This document shows, piece after piece, positions 43,681 through 56,600 of a DNA stretch of 64,000 bases. Made by a program: the position numbers and the translations under genes. Location of the stretch: contig CP120453.1 in the NCBI GenBank assembly GCA_034226945.1, positions 186,001 through 250,000 of the forward strand, in the 5' to 3' direction. This DNA comes from Picochlorum sp. SENEW3. Lineage: Eukaryota. Each line of letters begins with the position of its first letter. Position 1 is the stretch's first letter. Below the pieces are notes generated by a model that had not been told where the DNA came from, did no database searches, and worked only from the letters and a program-made list of their open reading frames with translations.

Positions 43681-44814
43681 TCATCGCGCCCCCAGTCGAT
43701 CCAGCACAATGTTCATATCCACAGATTTGCCTTGAGCAGTCAGCTCTCGCAGGACATTTCTCACTTCCTCTCGGCTGAATCCCATGATGGCAATATCATC
43801 AATCACCTTTTCGATTGGCACAGATCCAGTTGAGCTAGATGGATGCTGATGCTGCTGGGCAGGAGGAGGAGGCCCTGTTGGCGGAGCTGGCTGATACGCG
43901 GTAGTATACGCTGGAGCATATGATCCACTCGTCGTAGCACTTGGCTGTCCAGTATATAGTGTTGAATGAGAATGCATTCCATCATGGGTCACAGGAGGAG
44001 GTGGTACACGCAGGCCCTGACCATGAGGCTGTCCTCCAGGTGCGGCATATGAAGAGGAAGAAACAGGATGCGGACCTGGAGGAGGAGGAGGGCCCCGACC
44101 AGCAGGTGGGTGAGGAGGAGGCGGGGGACCACCACTACTGCTACTACTACCAGGCGCCACATGGTGTTGGTGATGATGTGCTGGAGGAGGACCAGGAGGT
44201 GCTGCACCATACACGGTCGAAGCTGATGAAGGCATCGCCACACCACTCTGTTGTTGACGATACCCACCATCCCCATACAACAATGTATTCTCGCCATCAC
44301 CTTTCTTCTTATTATTCTTCTTCTTTTTTGATTCCATCGCCAGCTTTTGATTCAACAACGCCTGCAATTCTTCAATATCCAACCCACCCACCTCTGACTC
44401 TGACTCTGACTCTTCATCCTCCTCCTCATTGTTTCCTCCTCCTCCTTCTTCTTCTTGCTCTTCCTTTCTCTCCCCCACAGCAGCACGCACACTCACCAAT
44501 TCCTCCTTCATCTCATCCAACCCCTTCTTCAACCACACATCTCGCTCCCTCCCATCCTCCTCCATCTCCTCCAACACCAGCTGCATCTGCTTCACCTTGC
44601 CATCCAACGCATCAATCTTCAACATCACCCTCTGAATCAACGGCACCAAACTCTCCTTCACAACCTCCCTCACCACTTTTGACACATCCACCCCCTGAGG
44701 AGGCTCCTCCACCCTATCGTCACCTCCACCCTTGGTGTCCTCTTTTTTCAAACCCACCAAGTCCGAAAACATGGTCGCCTCACCACCACCACCACCCTGT
44801 TCAGAGGTCGCCAT
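43681..44814 (-). CDS. DUF1421 (FLOE1-like) protein: coiled coil, P/Q/S/H-rich disordered region, C-terminal UBA-like domain
   Basis: C-terminal IEKVIDDIAIMGFSREEVRNVLRELTAQGKSVDMNIVLDRL matches the DUF1421 pattern; N-terminal heptad-rich segment; proline-rich middle. Confidence 0.8.
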   Translation of the reverse strand: MATSEQGGGGGEATMFSDLVGLKKEDTKGGGDDRVEEPPQGVDVSKVVREVVKESLVPLIQRVMLKIDALDGKVKQMQLVLEEMEEDGRERDVWLKKGLDEMKEELVSVRAAVGERKEEQEEEGGGGNNEEEDEESESESEVGGLDIEELQALLNQKLAMESKKKKNNKKKGDGENTLLYGDGGYRQQQSGVAMPSSASTVYGAAPPGPPPAHHHQHHVAPGSSSSSGGPPPPPHPPAGRGPPPPPGPHPVSSSSYAAPGGQPHGQGLRVPPPPVTHDGMHSHSTLYTGQPSATTSGSYAPAYTTAYQPAPPTGPPPPAQQHQHPSSSTGSVPIEKVIDDIAIMGFSREEVRNVLRELTAQGKSVDMNIVLDRLGAR

Positions 44815-45144
44815 ACCCAAGCCTTTGTGTGTGTTTTTAAAATATATTCAGAACAACACCTGATGTATTTATTGATTGATTGATAGACACGCTTGTCGAT
44901 TCTTCGTCGTGACTGATTGATCCACTGGATGTTCTCAAGAAGAATATAACACCTTGCTGGTATTGGTAATGATTCCTCGTTTTTATCCTAACGTAGTAGT
45001 TCTGGGTAATAATACGTATTAGTTCTGAACGCCTGTCGACTTTTACGACGCGGTATGTCGTAAAAAAGTAAACAAACATGGCCCATAATCTCTCTCTCCA
45101 TTCCTCTCACCACTATCTATACCCTTGCTCTTCCTCACAACTCC

Positions 45145-45450
45145 GCTGGACACGCGGCGAGTGTCTGTCACCTGTAGCTACTCGCAGGAGCAAACAACGG
45201 GATTGCCATGTGGATTGATAGAGCCATTTGTTGGCCTGTTGACGAGACTGCCCCATGTGAGGTCGCGGTCGCCATAGTCTGTGACACCGGAGGGTATCAT
45301 GGGCGTGGCGTCTAAATGCCGGGACACCGGGTCAGGAGGGAAACCTAGCAGCCCACCTCGGAGCCGTGATCGGCACAGGGATACCAGGCTTGAGGGTCAC
45401 GGTGGAGTTACTCGATCATGTCTGCACTGGCGAGACTATTTTGTCGATTT
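45145..45450 (+). ncRNA. Signal recognition particle RNA (7SL), about 300 nt
   Basis: 5' Alu domain GCTGGACAC-GCGGCGA-GTGTC-TGTCA-CCTGT-AGCTACTC-GCAGG-AGC; SRP54-binding helix 8 GGGTCAGG-AGG-GAAA-CCT-AGCAGCCC at about 45329-45354; long-range pairing TGCCATGTGGA with TCTGCACTGGCG; oligo-T at the 3' end. Confidence 0.88.
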
Positions 45451-45457
45451 TTATTTT
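45439..45457 (+). terminator. Oligo-T RNA polymerase III terminator of the SRP RNA
   Basis: T4/T5 runs (TTTTGTCGATTTTTATTTT) directly after the 3' helix strand. Confidence 0.6.
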
Positions 45458-45526
45458 CTTTGTTTTTATTCGTACTACTACTACTACTAGGAGATACACG
45501 AATTAATTTATTATTGGGTTTTAGAT

Positions 45527-46837
45527 ATGAATCATTCAATGCATCAGAGGGTTACAATCGGGACTCGATCACGCACACCCAAGATCATCACCACCGTCGC
45601 AAGTCACAGCAGACAGCAGCAGCGATGTGTTTCACATATTCCTCAAAAACATGTCGGTATGTTTACAGGAGTGGTTGGATGTAAGGGTGATGGAGCCAGG
45701 CGGTCTGCGTGTACTCGTGCTGCTGGAGCTATCGAAGCAACGCTTCCATTGTCAGAAGCATTGCCTTTTGTGCTGTCTCACATCTACCCACACTACCTGC
45801 TGCCGTTGTTGGGTGGGTTGACGCTCGGTGTGCTTGTGGTGGGGCAGCTGATTATTAGTGGCAAGGTTGTTGGGATTAGCGGGGCTGTTAGAGGGCTGGT
45901 GGAAGGACAGAGGACTCCATGGAGGGTGTTTTTTGTGGGAGGGTTGATTGTGGGTGGTATGATGCTGCGATTTTCTTTGTTTCCTGGGGCGTTTGGTCCG
46001 GATCCCATATATACGACGGCGGCCGAGTCTGCTGAATTGGTTGCGAGTGGGATGTGGAGGCTTGGTGCGGCTGGACTCTTGGTGGGCGTAGGGACATCGC
46101 TTGGGAATGGATGTACCAGTGGACATGGGATTTGCGGGAACGCGAGGTTATCTTTGAGGAGTTTTATTAGTACGTGTACGTTCATGTTGTTTGGGGCCAT
46201 GGCGGCAGCAGCATTGAATACAACGAGGTTTGAAGGATTGCCTCTGGGATTTATTGTGCCTCCTGTTCCAGAGCAAGAGATGGTCACGTTGGCGACACGA
46301 GTGTTGGGAGCTGCGACGGCGTTTATTGTGACCATGGCATCTGTGACGCATCTGTGGGCTGATCAGGGGAAGGCAAAGGTTGTTGCGTTTGCTCAAGATG
46401 TGACTGATTTTGGAGTTGGGTTGTTCTTTGCGTTAGGGTTGGGGATTTCTGGTATGACGCAGCCTAGTAAAGTGGCGGGATTTTTGGGTATTTTGGCTGG
46501 TACTTTTGATGCGTCGTTGATGTTTGTGATGGGTGGGGCGTTGCTGCTGGCGTTGCCTGGATATCAGTATGTGCTTCGGTCTGGTCGAGTGAATCACCCC
46601 ATGGCATGCTCTGCATTTTCTCTGCCAACCTCCAAAGAGATTAATTTGCAGTTGGTGGGTGGTTCTGCTATATTTGGATTAGGATGGGGACTGGCTGGGT
46701 TGTGTCCTGGTCCGGGATTGGTTGGCTTGGCCAGTTTTTCAGCATCAAACTTGACATTTGTGGGATCCATGTTGATGGGCATGGCGTTGGTCAAGACAAT
46801 TCAGAGAATGCAAGCGGCATCGTTTACAAATGTTTAA
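45527..46837 (+). CDS. YeeE/YedE-family sulfur (thiosulfate) transporter with N-terminal transit-like extension
   Basis: GKVVGISG, LGNGCTSGHGICG, LGISGM, FGLGWGLAGLCPGPG; many TM helices. Confidence 0.9.
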   Translation: MNHSMHQRVTIGTRSRTPKIITTVASHSRQQQRCVSHIPQKHVGMFTGVVGCKGDGARRSACTRAAGAIEATLPLSEALPFVLSHIYPHYLLPLLGGLTLGVLVVGQLIISGKVVGISGAVRGLVEGQRTPWRVFFVGGLIVGGMMLRFSLFPGAFGPDPIYTTAAESAELVASGMWRLGAAGLLVGVGTSLGNGCTSGHGICGNARLSLRSFISTCTFMLFGAMAAAALNTTRFEGLPLGFIVPPVPEQEMVTLATRVLGAATAFIVTMASVTHLWADQGKAKVVAFAQDVTDFGVGLFFALGLGISGMTQPSKVAGFLGILAGTFDASLMFVMGGALLLALPGYQYVLRSGRVNHPMACSAFSLPTSKEINLQLVGGSAIFGLGWGLAGLCPGPGLVGLASFSASNLTFVGSMLMGMALVKTIQRMQAASFTNV

Positions 46838-46845
46838 ATATGTAA

Positions 46846-49800
46846 TTATTTTTTGTTTCCTTTGTTCTTCTTTTTGGCTTGGTGTAGCTTTTGAAGGCCA
46901 GCCACCTGAAGTTTTACTGATCCAATCATGGCATTGATGCCTTCCTGTTCTGGGATGGCTTTGATTAAACGTAACTCGACATGCTGAGGGGTTGCTTTGA
47001 ATTTTGATGCGATGACGTCGACTGCCTGACGATATGCTTTACCCTTCTTTTGAGTTCCTGGGACGAGTTTGACATGGTATTTGTAGGATGATGCGACGCT
47101 GTATGGTGCACAGACGGGGATGGCTGCGAGGATGGTGTCTGATGGCGTGGGAATGCCAGTGAGTTCATCCAGCATGGTCATTTTTGCCATCTCATCCTCG
47201 TTGAGGAGTGACACTCCTTCTTCCTGTAAAAGTTCCTCGATATTTTCTTTTTCTTTTTCTTCTTCTTCTTCTTCTTCGTCTTCTTTTTTTGTATGATGTT
47301 GATTGTGCTCTGGTGGGATGTCATTGTCGTGGTCGACAGCAGATGTGGCAGATTCTTCTTCATCAGGAATTGGTTCCTCGTCTTCTGAACTGCTGCTGCT
47401 GTCGTGTAGATCGAGGCGAGCTGTGAGGTTTTGAATGGCGTCCTCTGTTATCTCAGGAGCCTGGATGCCAGATGCTTGTGCTTTGCGGGCTGCCATGCGA
47501 GCTTTTCTCTCCTTTTTTCTCTCTTTTCTGTCCTTTGACTTTTTCTGGCCGTCTGGCTGCAGCAATGCCATGGCAAGTTCGCGTTCTTCTTCGTCCTGGT
47601 CTTGGTATTTTTTCTTCTTCAATGCCTTTTTTTTATGTTTGCCCCTTTTGGGAGCCTGAGGTGGAGCTGCTGCTTCTTCTTTCTCTTCTTCTTGTTCCTC
47701 CTGGATGACGTGTTGAGCAGGTTTCTTTTTATGTTCCTTGATGTGAGATGATTTTCCCTTGGCGCTCTTACTCGTCACGATTGTGTAATCTTCATCCGTA
47801 TTTATTGCTGTGTTTAAAAACTTTTCCAACGCCGAGGTTGGCTCCGCACCAGATGCATCATCTTCTTCATGTTCCATGTTGTGTGGGCGCTCCTTCATCG
47901 CATGCGATGGCATCGAGTCTGGCACGATTGATCGAGGAGCTCGTTCACCTAAATGTGCCGCAATCGATCCCTGCTCGAGTTTAAAGAGCCATCCAATGCC
48001 CATGACTTGGGGCTGCGGCGGCAAATAGTTCTTCCTCCCTCGAATCATCATACTTCCTGTCGTGAGATATTCTCCACTTGGAGCTGTTTTGCTGACTTGT
48101 TCGGGATATACCCAATACGCTGATGCTACTATTTTGGCATCCCATGCAGCACTTCGAGCGACACAGGCCTGACCAGCTTCATTCAATGTCATCAGTGGAA
48201 TTGGCTGGGTAGGGTTGTTGTTCTTGACAATGGTTGATGATGCTCCATGGAGTTCGGCATGGACATACACATCCCCTTTTTGCAAATATCTCTTGACTAA
48301 AAGTTCATTCTGCTGTGCATCCCTTCCAGACACCACCAAATAATTCTCTGAGGATATGAACCAATGAAACTTCTCAAACCAATATGGTTTCCGTGGTGCT
48401 TGATAACTTTCGGAAGCTTTTGATTTTTGCTTTTGAATCTTTTCCAGTTTCACCAGCACTTTACTTTCAGCTGCAGCGAGAGCTTTATCATTCGATTCGA
48501 TTGTCCTCCTGGCCTTTTCTGTGTGCTTCTTTTTCAAATCATAATATGCACTGACATTGGCATGGGCAGTCAGAGATATGTCCACGTCAATAACAATCAT
48601 CTTTTCAACGTCGGGGTCAAACAGAGACAGGGCTATTGTGTTCTTTTCCAACTTGAGGGAATGAATGAGCTCAGCTACAGGATTGCCAGCATCCTTTTCC
48701 ATCTCAATCATCTCCCCCAAATCTTTCCAGCTTATCCCTGCAGCCAGCCCCTCGCGTACCGACTCGATTGATGCATCTACTTTATCAAGATTACTCTGGA
48801 GAACGAGTGCTTTCTGTTCGGCAGCATCAATCTCCCTGGACAAGTTTTCTATTCTCTCCTTGTGCTGCTTCCTAATCGCTTCAAGTTTCTTTTGTGCTGC
48901 TTCTTCTCGCTGCGTGATTTGAACCGACTCTCTATCACCCTCGATTTTAGAGTAAAATTCACGGGCCGCATCGTCAAAACTTGGAAACTGAATCATCTCC
49001 ATTTCATCATGCTGCACAAGCGGTGTTTCATGCACACATGGCTGGAAATCAGCATTGTATCCATGTTTCGAACTGACAAATATACATCCCTTTGGAGCTT
49101 TATCCTCACAAGAATCGATCCATTTCTCAAACATGCGGATCGACTGCAGCAATGTCTCCTTCTCAGCCTCGGACAATGGTTCTTGAGCTGGCTTCCTTTT
49201 GACATTCAACCCTGCATGTTGAATGCAAAAATTTGATACCTGTGGCCCATACCCCAGCATCGGCGTCACTGCATCTTTTAATGATCCGCTGTCTGAGCAA
49301 CTAGATAAAGCCTGCTCGACCGCCTCAAGCGATGTCGAGCTTCGCAGCCTTATTGTCTGAATTGGGTAGGCATGTTGTGACATTATTCCTATGCCTTTCG
49401 CATCGTCTCGATGCGACCGAAGCAACGACAGAACCTGATATTTGCTATCCGCAAGAATAATATTTCCAGATGCATAGAATTCGAGCAAAAGCTTGACTTC
49501 AAAGTCGCCAGTCCCAAATGTGAGCTGAACAACACGATCACTTCCCAACTGCTTGATATCCTCTAAACGCCTCGAACGAATGTGCTTTCGAAGCTTCAGT
49601 GTAAAATTTGAAGGTACATCTGACTTTTCAGGCATCTCATCAATAGTGTGCAGGCGCACTCCACTTTCAATGAGCAGAATGGCCTTTTCACCTTCCTCCC
49701 CACTCCTGGCCAGTCTCAGCGCATACAACTGCACACAACAAGCACTTTATGAGATGTATAGCAATACCCTATACATGATAATGAATTCAATGTACCTTGG

Positions 49801-49906
49801 GACCTATATCGTAGACATTTGTGGCGCGCATTCCCACCAAACCTTTCTTCCTCAGGGCACCAACTTCAGCCCCAATGTCGGCAGTGGACATTCGCTGCTT
49901 TACCAT
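46846..49906 (-). CDS. NEMF: Ribosome quality control factor NEMF/Rqc2; exon 1 49906-49796, intron 49795-49729
   Basis: MVKQRMSTAD, ESGVRLH, KLRKHIRSRRL, WFEKFHWFISSENYLV.SGRDAQQNE, SKTAPSGEYL, PVCAPY...YKYHVKLVPG. Confidence 0.95.
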
Positions 49907-50115
49907 GGCTGTTTGAACAATATGTTTTACAAAATCCAAAATGTGCTGCCAATGAACTGACTGCTCTGGCACATGTGCTTTGTTTGGTTACTTTGAGTAA
50001 AATTGCTGCATCCGATTCAAAACAGTGCGCTATTCCACGAATACATGTGCTATTTCAAAACATTTTACGAAAATAATAATTACTATATAGTAGAGAAATC
50101 AAAAATCTAGCGATT

Positions 50116-53100
50116 CTAGTCCTGTTGATGCTTTTCATCATCCTCACTCAACAGGTGCCAGGATTGGACTTGCAAAGTTCCAGTCTCGTCCTGTGCCCAT
50201 TGAATGGCATACACGGCGCCAGTTTCGGCATGGACAGCTGTATTGGATCCAACAGGGACTTCCAAGATGGAGCCGTCTTCTAAGCGAACATCTTCTGTAC
50301 ATTCCCCAGCCTTGGAAGCTTCAATCTCTGCCTTTTTGGCAATGTTCAAGAAGACTTCCTCCAAGGATGTCATATGAATCTGAATGTCTGTAATACCAAG
50401 TGTGTCTTTGTTGTCCTCCAACTTTTTAAGAGAACGTGCTAGGTCTTCTTCTAGTTCTTTCGGCAGAGAGTATACCGCATAGGAGCCCTTGATTTCATCA
50501 GGTGATTTGATGTTGAACTCCTCGTGTAAGAATGTCTCCAGCATGTCAAACTTGGACTTGACGAATGAAATCGACAGCTGATATCCACTACCAAACTTTT
50601 GCTTCAGTCGGATGGAAGCTCCAAGCGCGCGAACTTTTCCACGAGCCATAATGGCAATCGAGTCACCCAAAATATCTGCCTCTTCCATGCTGTGTGTGGT
50701 CAAGACAATCACCCGCCCACTCTTGGCAGCTTCAATCGCATCCCACACATGCCTTCGAGATATCGGATCCATACCTGTTGTTGGTTCGTCAAGATATACG
50801 ACAAGAGGATCTCCCAGCAGCGAGAGAGCCACAGACAAACGGCGTCTCATTCCTCCACTGTATGCACCAGTGCGGACTTGGGCAGCGTCAGTCAATTTCA
50901 CAGACTCGAGCAACTCGGCAGCCTGCTCATTCACCTCCTTCTTACTCAGCCCTTTGATCCTACCATATATCTTCATGTGCTCTATGCCTGTCAGTTCTTT
51001 CCATAAGACATCAAATTGCGGGCAAACACCCATGGTTGATCGAATCCTGTCAAGGCCTCCAGTGGCAACAATGGATTCCCCACGGACCAGTGCATCTCCT
51101 CCGGTAGGAGGCAGCACACCCGTCAAACAATTGATTGTCGTTGTTTTACCAGCTCCATTGGGACCCAATAAGCAGAAAATATTGTTCTCCTTGATACTAA
51201 ACCAGGAGCCTCTGATTGCCCAAAAGTCCTCTGCCTTTTTGGACTTTTTCTTCTTCTTATTCTTCCTACGCAGGCATGACATCTTCGCCCACATAGCTGC
51301 TAGAATAGAACGTGGAAACATTTTTTGCAATCCAAACACTTGAATAGCGAGATCTTGGTGAACGATTCCAGACGTCAGCCTTTCATCTGAAATCTTGCGC
51401 ATTTTGTCTTCCTCAGCAATGACATCATCATCATCATCACCATCTTGGATTGGGCAAGGGACAGATTTCTGCAGACCTCTCTTCATACTTTTAGATCTTC
51501 CGAATCCCCAATAGGACGGAGAGAACAAATACCATAATTTCTTCTTGACACCGTTTTCATTTGCCAAGACATTGTCCAAGTAGATGCCAATGAGCGTGTA
51601 GACAATAAATTCCAATGCAAGAATACCCATGGACGTTCCAATGGGAAGAACACAGTCAAAATCCCAATATGTATCTGGATTGGACCGGTACAATTTATCC
51701 TCCTCGACAACATTATCAAGGTTCTGGCAGTACTGATTTCTTCTGGACCATGATATTCCATATCCAGCTTCAGACGCTGCACCCAAATCTGCTGCGCTCT
51801 TTGCGAGGAGATTGGACGGGATCAGCGTAAATATAGCAGTGACGATCGGAATACTCCCAATGTATTCTGGCGAGTATGGAAAGTCAAACGCAATTGCAGC
51901 CTGGAAAATCCACCCCACCAAGAAGACAACAAATCCTGTATTAATTGCTCCATTCGTGGTTCCTATGAATGGCGCTAAGAAGAATGCGAGACCAATCATT
52001 GCCCATTGGAATAGAAGAAACAATAGGAAAACCACTCCAAACGAATTCTTGAGGAAAAAGTCAAACTGGAACATGGCACCAAATGCAACCAGCAGCAGGG
52101 AGAAGAGCACTGAGATGATTATTTCAATGAACAACCAGGAGCACCAGAAAGCAGAATCAAGCATTCCACTTGTCGTCATTGCTTGTCGAAGGCCCTTTTC
52201 GCGCTCTCCCACGACAGAAGACATCTGCAGGACACATAGTATTATTGTGTGAATCATCTTGCATCATCATCATCATTTCTCTATGCCATCATCATGCATA
52301 CATACCAAGAGAACAAAGTTGAACATGTTTGCTGCAAAAATAAATGGACCAATAGCCTGACCAACAATGTTAATCGACTGAACCGTCGGATGCGCGAATT
52401 GAGAGTACGAAACATTCCATCCAACATTTCCGGTCCGCCCAGCCTTTCTCCACTGGAATGCAGCAATCTCCTGTTCAACCAATACCTGCATCGGCACGGT
52501 GAAGAAAAACGTCGGATCCTGGTACTGATCTCTAAAGAACTTCACGGTGACGTTCGACAAGAGCACGAAATCCATTGGAGCCGTGACATCCCCCTGTGGA
52601 TCTTGCTCATCAAACAGAAAATGAACCCCTCCCAGCACCCTCTCTGGGTTGTCCGCTAAAAACCCATTCGCAGCCTCAATGCTCTCAAACCCGAGAACTT
52701 GATCTTCTTCTATAGGACGATATGGGTTATTCAATCTCATCTGGTCAACAATCTCCTTTGCCACAACACTTGTATTCGGTGTATACAAAAAGTCCCAGCA
52801 GGGTTTGTTGATGAACAAATCCTCCTCACACGACGGAATACCCTTCACAGGATACACTGTCGGATCTGGATTATTCACAAAAGCAGAAATATTTTGATTA
52901 TCCGTTCGGAACGCAATATCGAGCAACCACAAGAGAAACATGAATATCAGAGGTGAGAACACCCGCAACAATGTTGCCTGTATATTCCGCCCTACAGACA
53001 TTATACGCACGCAGTCAACAAATGAACATCAGCATACCACATCAATGAATCATCGAGTACCCACCATACACTAATATCTGCTTGAAGCACAGCGCCAAGA

Positions 53101-53308
53101 ACTGATCAGAAAACCTTGCCCTCCAAGGTCTAATTCCACTCAACTGGTCAGACGGTGGCGCTGACCCACCCTTCGGCGCCATTCCATCGCCCTTGTCGCC
53201 ATTAATTTTTTTAGATACTGTACGAACATCATGAGTGCCGCTTTCCATGCCTAACAGGGCACCATTTCCCTGGACAGTAGTACCACTACTACCGTTCTCC
53301 ATGCTCAT
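50116..53308 (-). CDS. ABCA-family half transporter (plant ABCA2/ABCA9-like clade); introns 53064-52992 and 52305-52225
   Basis: EREKGLRQAM, Walker A LLGPNGAGKTT, MGVCPQFD, YSGGMRRRLSVA, LDEPTTGMDP, LTTHSMEEAD, SLEEVFL. Confidence 0.92.
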
Positions 53309-53637
53309 TCGATTATGCGACAGAATACCGGCTATCCACAATCATAGATGCACCTAATGTTGTCAAATAATCATATAATATACAATGTGTGCCTTACTAT
53401 GGGCTACCTGTGATGTTTTCTCCAGCCTTGGGTCTTTCATCAGCTGTAACCATGACTTGACGTTGGTTGGACGTCCAATGTGAAGATGTATTCCCCATCA
53501 AGCTGCTCGGTGTGTCGGACCAAAGGGGAGCATATATTTAATTCTTAATACGGAATTCTACCCTACGCGGTATTTTTGTCCATACATCGTACATTGGGCT
53601 TGGATAGGGTTATAACAATTACAATTTCTCAACTGAC

Positions 53638-56600
53638 ATGAATGGCCATTCGAATGGCGATACCTCTGTCGAGGAAGGAGGCTCCATCGATTTGAAGCAT
53701 GGTAGAGTCGCTGGTAGCAACAGCAAACATACCATGGATTCCAATGGAGCAGATATAGCGATGCATAATGGTTCAAAGAGATCAATGAAGTCTGATACGA
53801 GTTCATCTAGGACGAAGCAACGGACCTATGGAGTGCAAGCCAAGGCTTTGCTCAGGCGTAATATGGCGAACCAAAGGCGTTCGCCTTGCGCCAATTTGTT
53901 CATTATATTGACACCGATTTGCTTGTGTGTTCTTCTGTATGTGCTTCAGACCCTCGTGAATGTGGCAATTGATACTCCGGACTCAAAGTGTGGGTGTCTG
54001 TGTTTGACCTGCTGTGATACCATTGACGGAGAAGAGGTGTGCAGGGATGCCACGGAAGAGAATCCATGTCTAGTGTATGATACATGCAAAACCTATGATG
54101 AAAATAAATGTGGGTTTGAGTATAGTAATGCGAGGCAAGCATCGTTTTGTCCTGTTGAAAACCCATCTATTTGGCCTCCTGTGGCTCAGGTTCCGAGTGA
54201 AGGGTTTCTGGCGCATCCATTTTCTCCCAAAGCTGCCATGCTCATGACAGGGGATGATGCCAGTATTGTAGATGATGTTGATCTCTTTCCGGTACCAGAG
54301 GTGACCGTGCAAGGTGGGGCTCAAGCTCGGGCATTCGCAGAGGAAGGTCGCAGGCTGGATGCTGTGTTCCTAGGGACGTCATTCCTTGGGGTGACGCTGG
54401 GAACGTTTCAAAAGTTTCCAAATTTGAACTATTATATTGAGCCTGCGTTTTATCCTACAACTGACTATAATGGGACATTGTCGTTGCTGACGTCGGATGC
54501 GAATGATCCAGGGACCAGTGCTGCGGTGGTGGCGGTGAATGCAGCACTGAACTCGTCTCAGTCTGAGAATGCGCCTCGATTGTCTGTGGTGCCCTTGGAG
54601 ACTGAGCAGGTCTATCTAGAATCAGTCGATGCTATAAATGAGAAGTTATATTGTGGATACAAGCAGGCTAGATGTGATGGGACAAGCGAGATTAACGAGT
54701 TCACAAATGCATGGGATTTTTCTGGCACTGATTTTGACAATGGAAAGTATCAGATGAGGCTTTGGTACAATGCGACCGGTAGATTCCCCGGTGTTGGCAA
54801 TGCTCCGACAGAGATTGTTCGAGTTCAGGCGGCTATCAATGCAGGGACGAATTCGTTTTTGCGAAAAGTACTGGGACCTGATGCCATTGCACGGTTTGTT
54901 GGTGTGATGACAATGCCAAAGCCAGGATCAAAGCTGACGCTGGATATCGCATCGTTAGTTGGAACGCTGTTTTATACGTGGCTTTTACAGTTACTATTGC
55001 CCATGATGTTGGCAACTCTTGTCTCTGAAAAGGAGAATAGGCTCAGAAACATGATGAAAATGCACGGACTGGGTGATGGTGTGTACTGGAGTGTGCAATA
55101 CGTGTGGTATTTTGTGATGAATTTCATTTACGTGTGGATTCTCATCGGTATTGGATCGGCAATAAACCTTGCATTCTTTACAGAGACCTCATACTCGTTT
55201 CAGTTTGTGTTTTATCTCTTGTGGATTAGTTGTTTGGTTGCCACAACATTTTTGTTGTCTGCATGCTTTGCATCCTCCAGGACGAGTACAGTGACGGCAT
55301 TCTTGTATGTGTTTGCGACAGGGCTGATTGGATATCTTTTATTGACAAATTTAGTGGCAGCAGGATACTGGTGGGTGATTTTCATCGAGTTGATACCTGG
55401 TTTTGCCTTGTATAGAGGGCTGTATGAAATTGCCCAGTATGCATTCAAAGCTGCGTATGGAAGCGGGCAGGGTATTACGTGGAGTAACTTGAACGATACC
55501 GATAATGGTATTATTCCTGTGATGATTATATTTGCTGTCGAATCTGTCGTCTTTTTAGTCCTGGCATGGTACGCATTATTTTATCTGAATAAATCAATAC
55601 ATTGTGTGTTGATCCCAGTGGTTGATTTCTCCAATCTTTTGTACTGCAGGTATATTGAGCAAATATATCCTCAAGGATGTGGTGTTCCACGCCATCCGCT
55701 CTTCTTTTTAGGAAAGAAATACAATGCCGAAAAGAGGGATAAAAAGCACAAAAAAGATGGCAAAAAGGATGATCATCTACCATCATCTGATAATGATTTG
55801 AAACTCGACATGAGTGCTCCTGATGTTGAAAAAGAAAAGAACCGAGTAGACGGCATTTTCAGTAAGATGTCTGAAAACGGTGGTCAGATTGATCGCAACT
55901 ATTCCATTGTGACATCTGGATTGCGAAAAGTGTTCCCAGGCAAGAAGAAAAAGGTGGCTGTCCAAGATCTCACCCTGGCAGTCGAAAAGGGAGAATGTTT
56001 CGGACTGCTTGGACCCAACGGCGCTGGTAAGAGTACCTCTCTCAATATGCTGACTGGATTTTTGACACCAAATAGTGGGACAGCAGTGGTGGAAGGACAC
56101 GACCTGACCAGTGACATGGACATGATCTATCGCCTCATGGGTGTCTGCCCACAAGACAACCTGTTGTGGGAGAAACTCACGGCAAGAGAGCACCTTCTCT
56201 TTTACGCTCGTTTGAAGCGGTTCTCTGGTGAACAGCTGGAAAAAGCCGTCACAGACGCATTACGATCTGTCAATCTACTGAACGGCGGTGTTGCAGACAA
56301 ACAAGTCAAAACATTTAGTGGCGGAATGAAGCGAAGGCTGTCTGTCGCCATTTCATTCATTGGAAACCCTTCCGTCGTATACTTGGACGAGCCTTCGACA
56401 GGGCTAGATCCTGCAAGCAGACAAAATCTGTGGAAGGTTGTCAAACATGGCAAATCAGGCAGAGGCGTCATTTTGACCACGCATAGCATGGAAGAAGCCT
56501 CAGTCCTATGCGACAGATTGGGTATTTTTGTCAACGGCGAGCTCGTCTGCATTGGTGCACCAAACGAACTCACCGCTCGATACGGAGGATTTTTTGTCTT

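Noticed and set aside
43941..44840. 299-aa His/Pro-rich plus-strand ORF
   Set aside because: Antisense to the low-complexity DUF1421 gene
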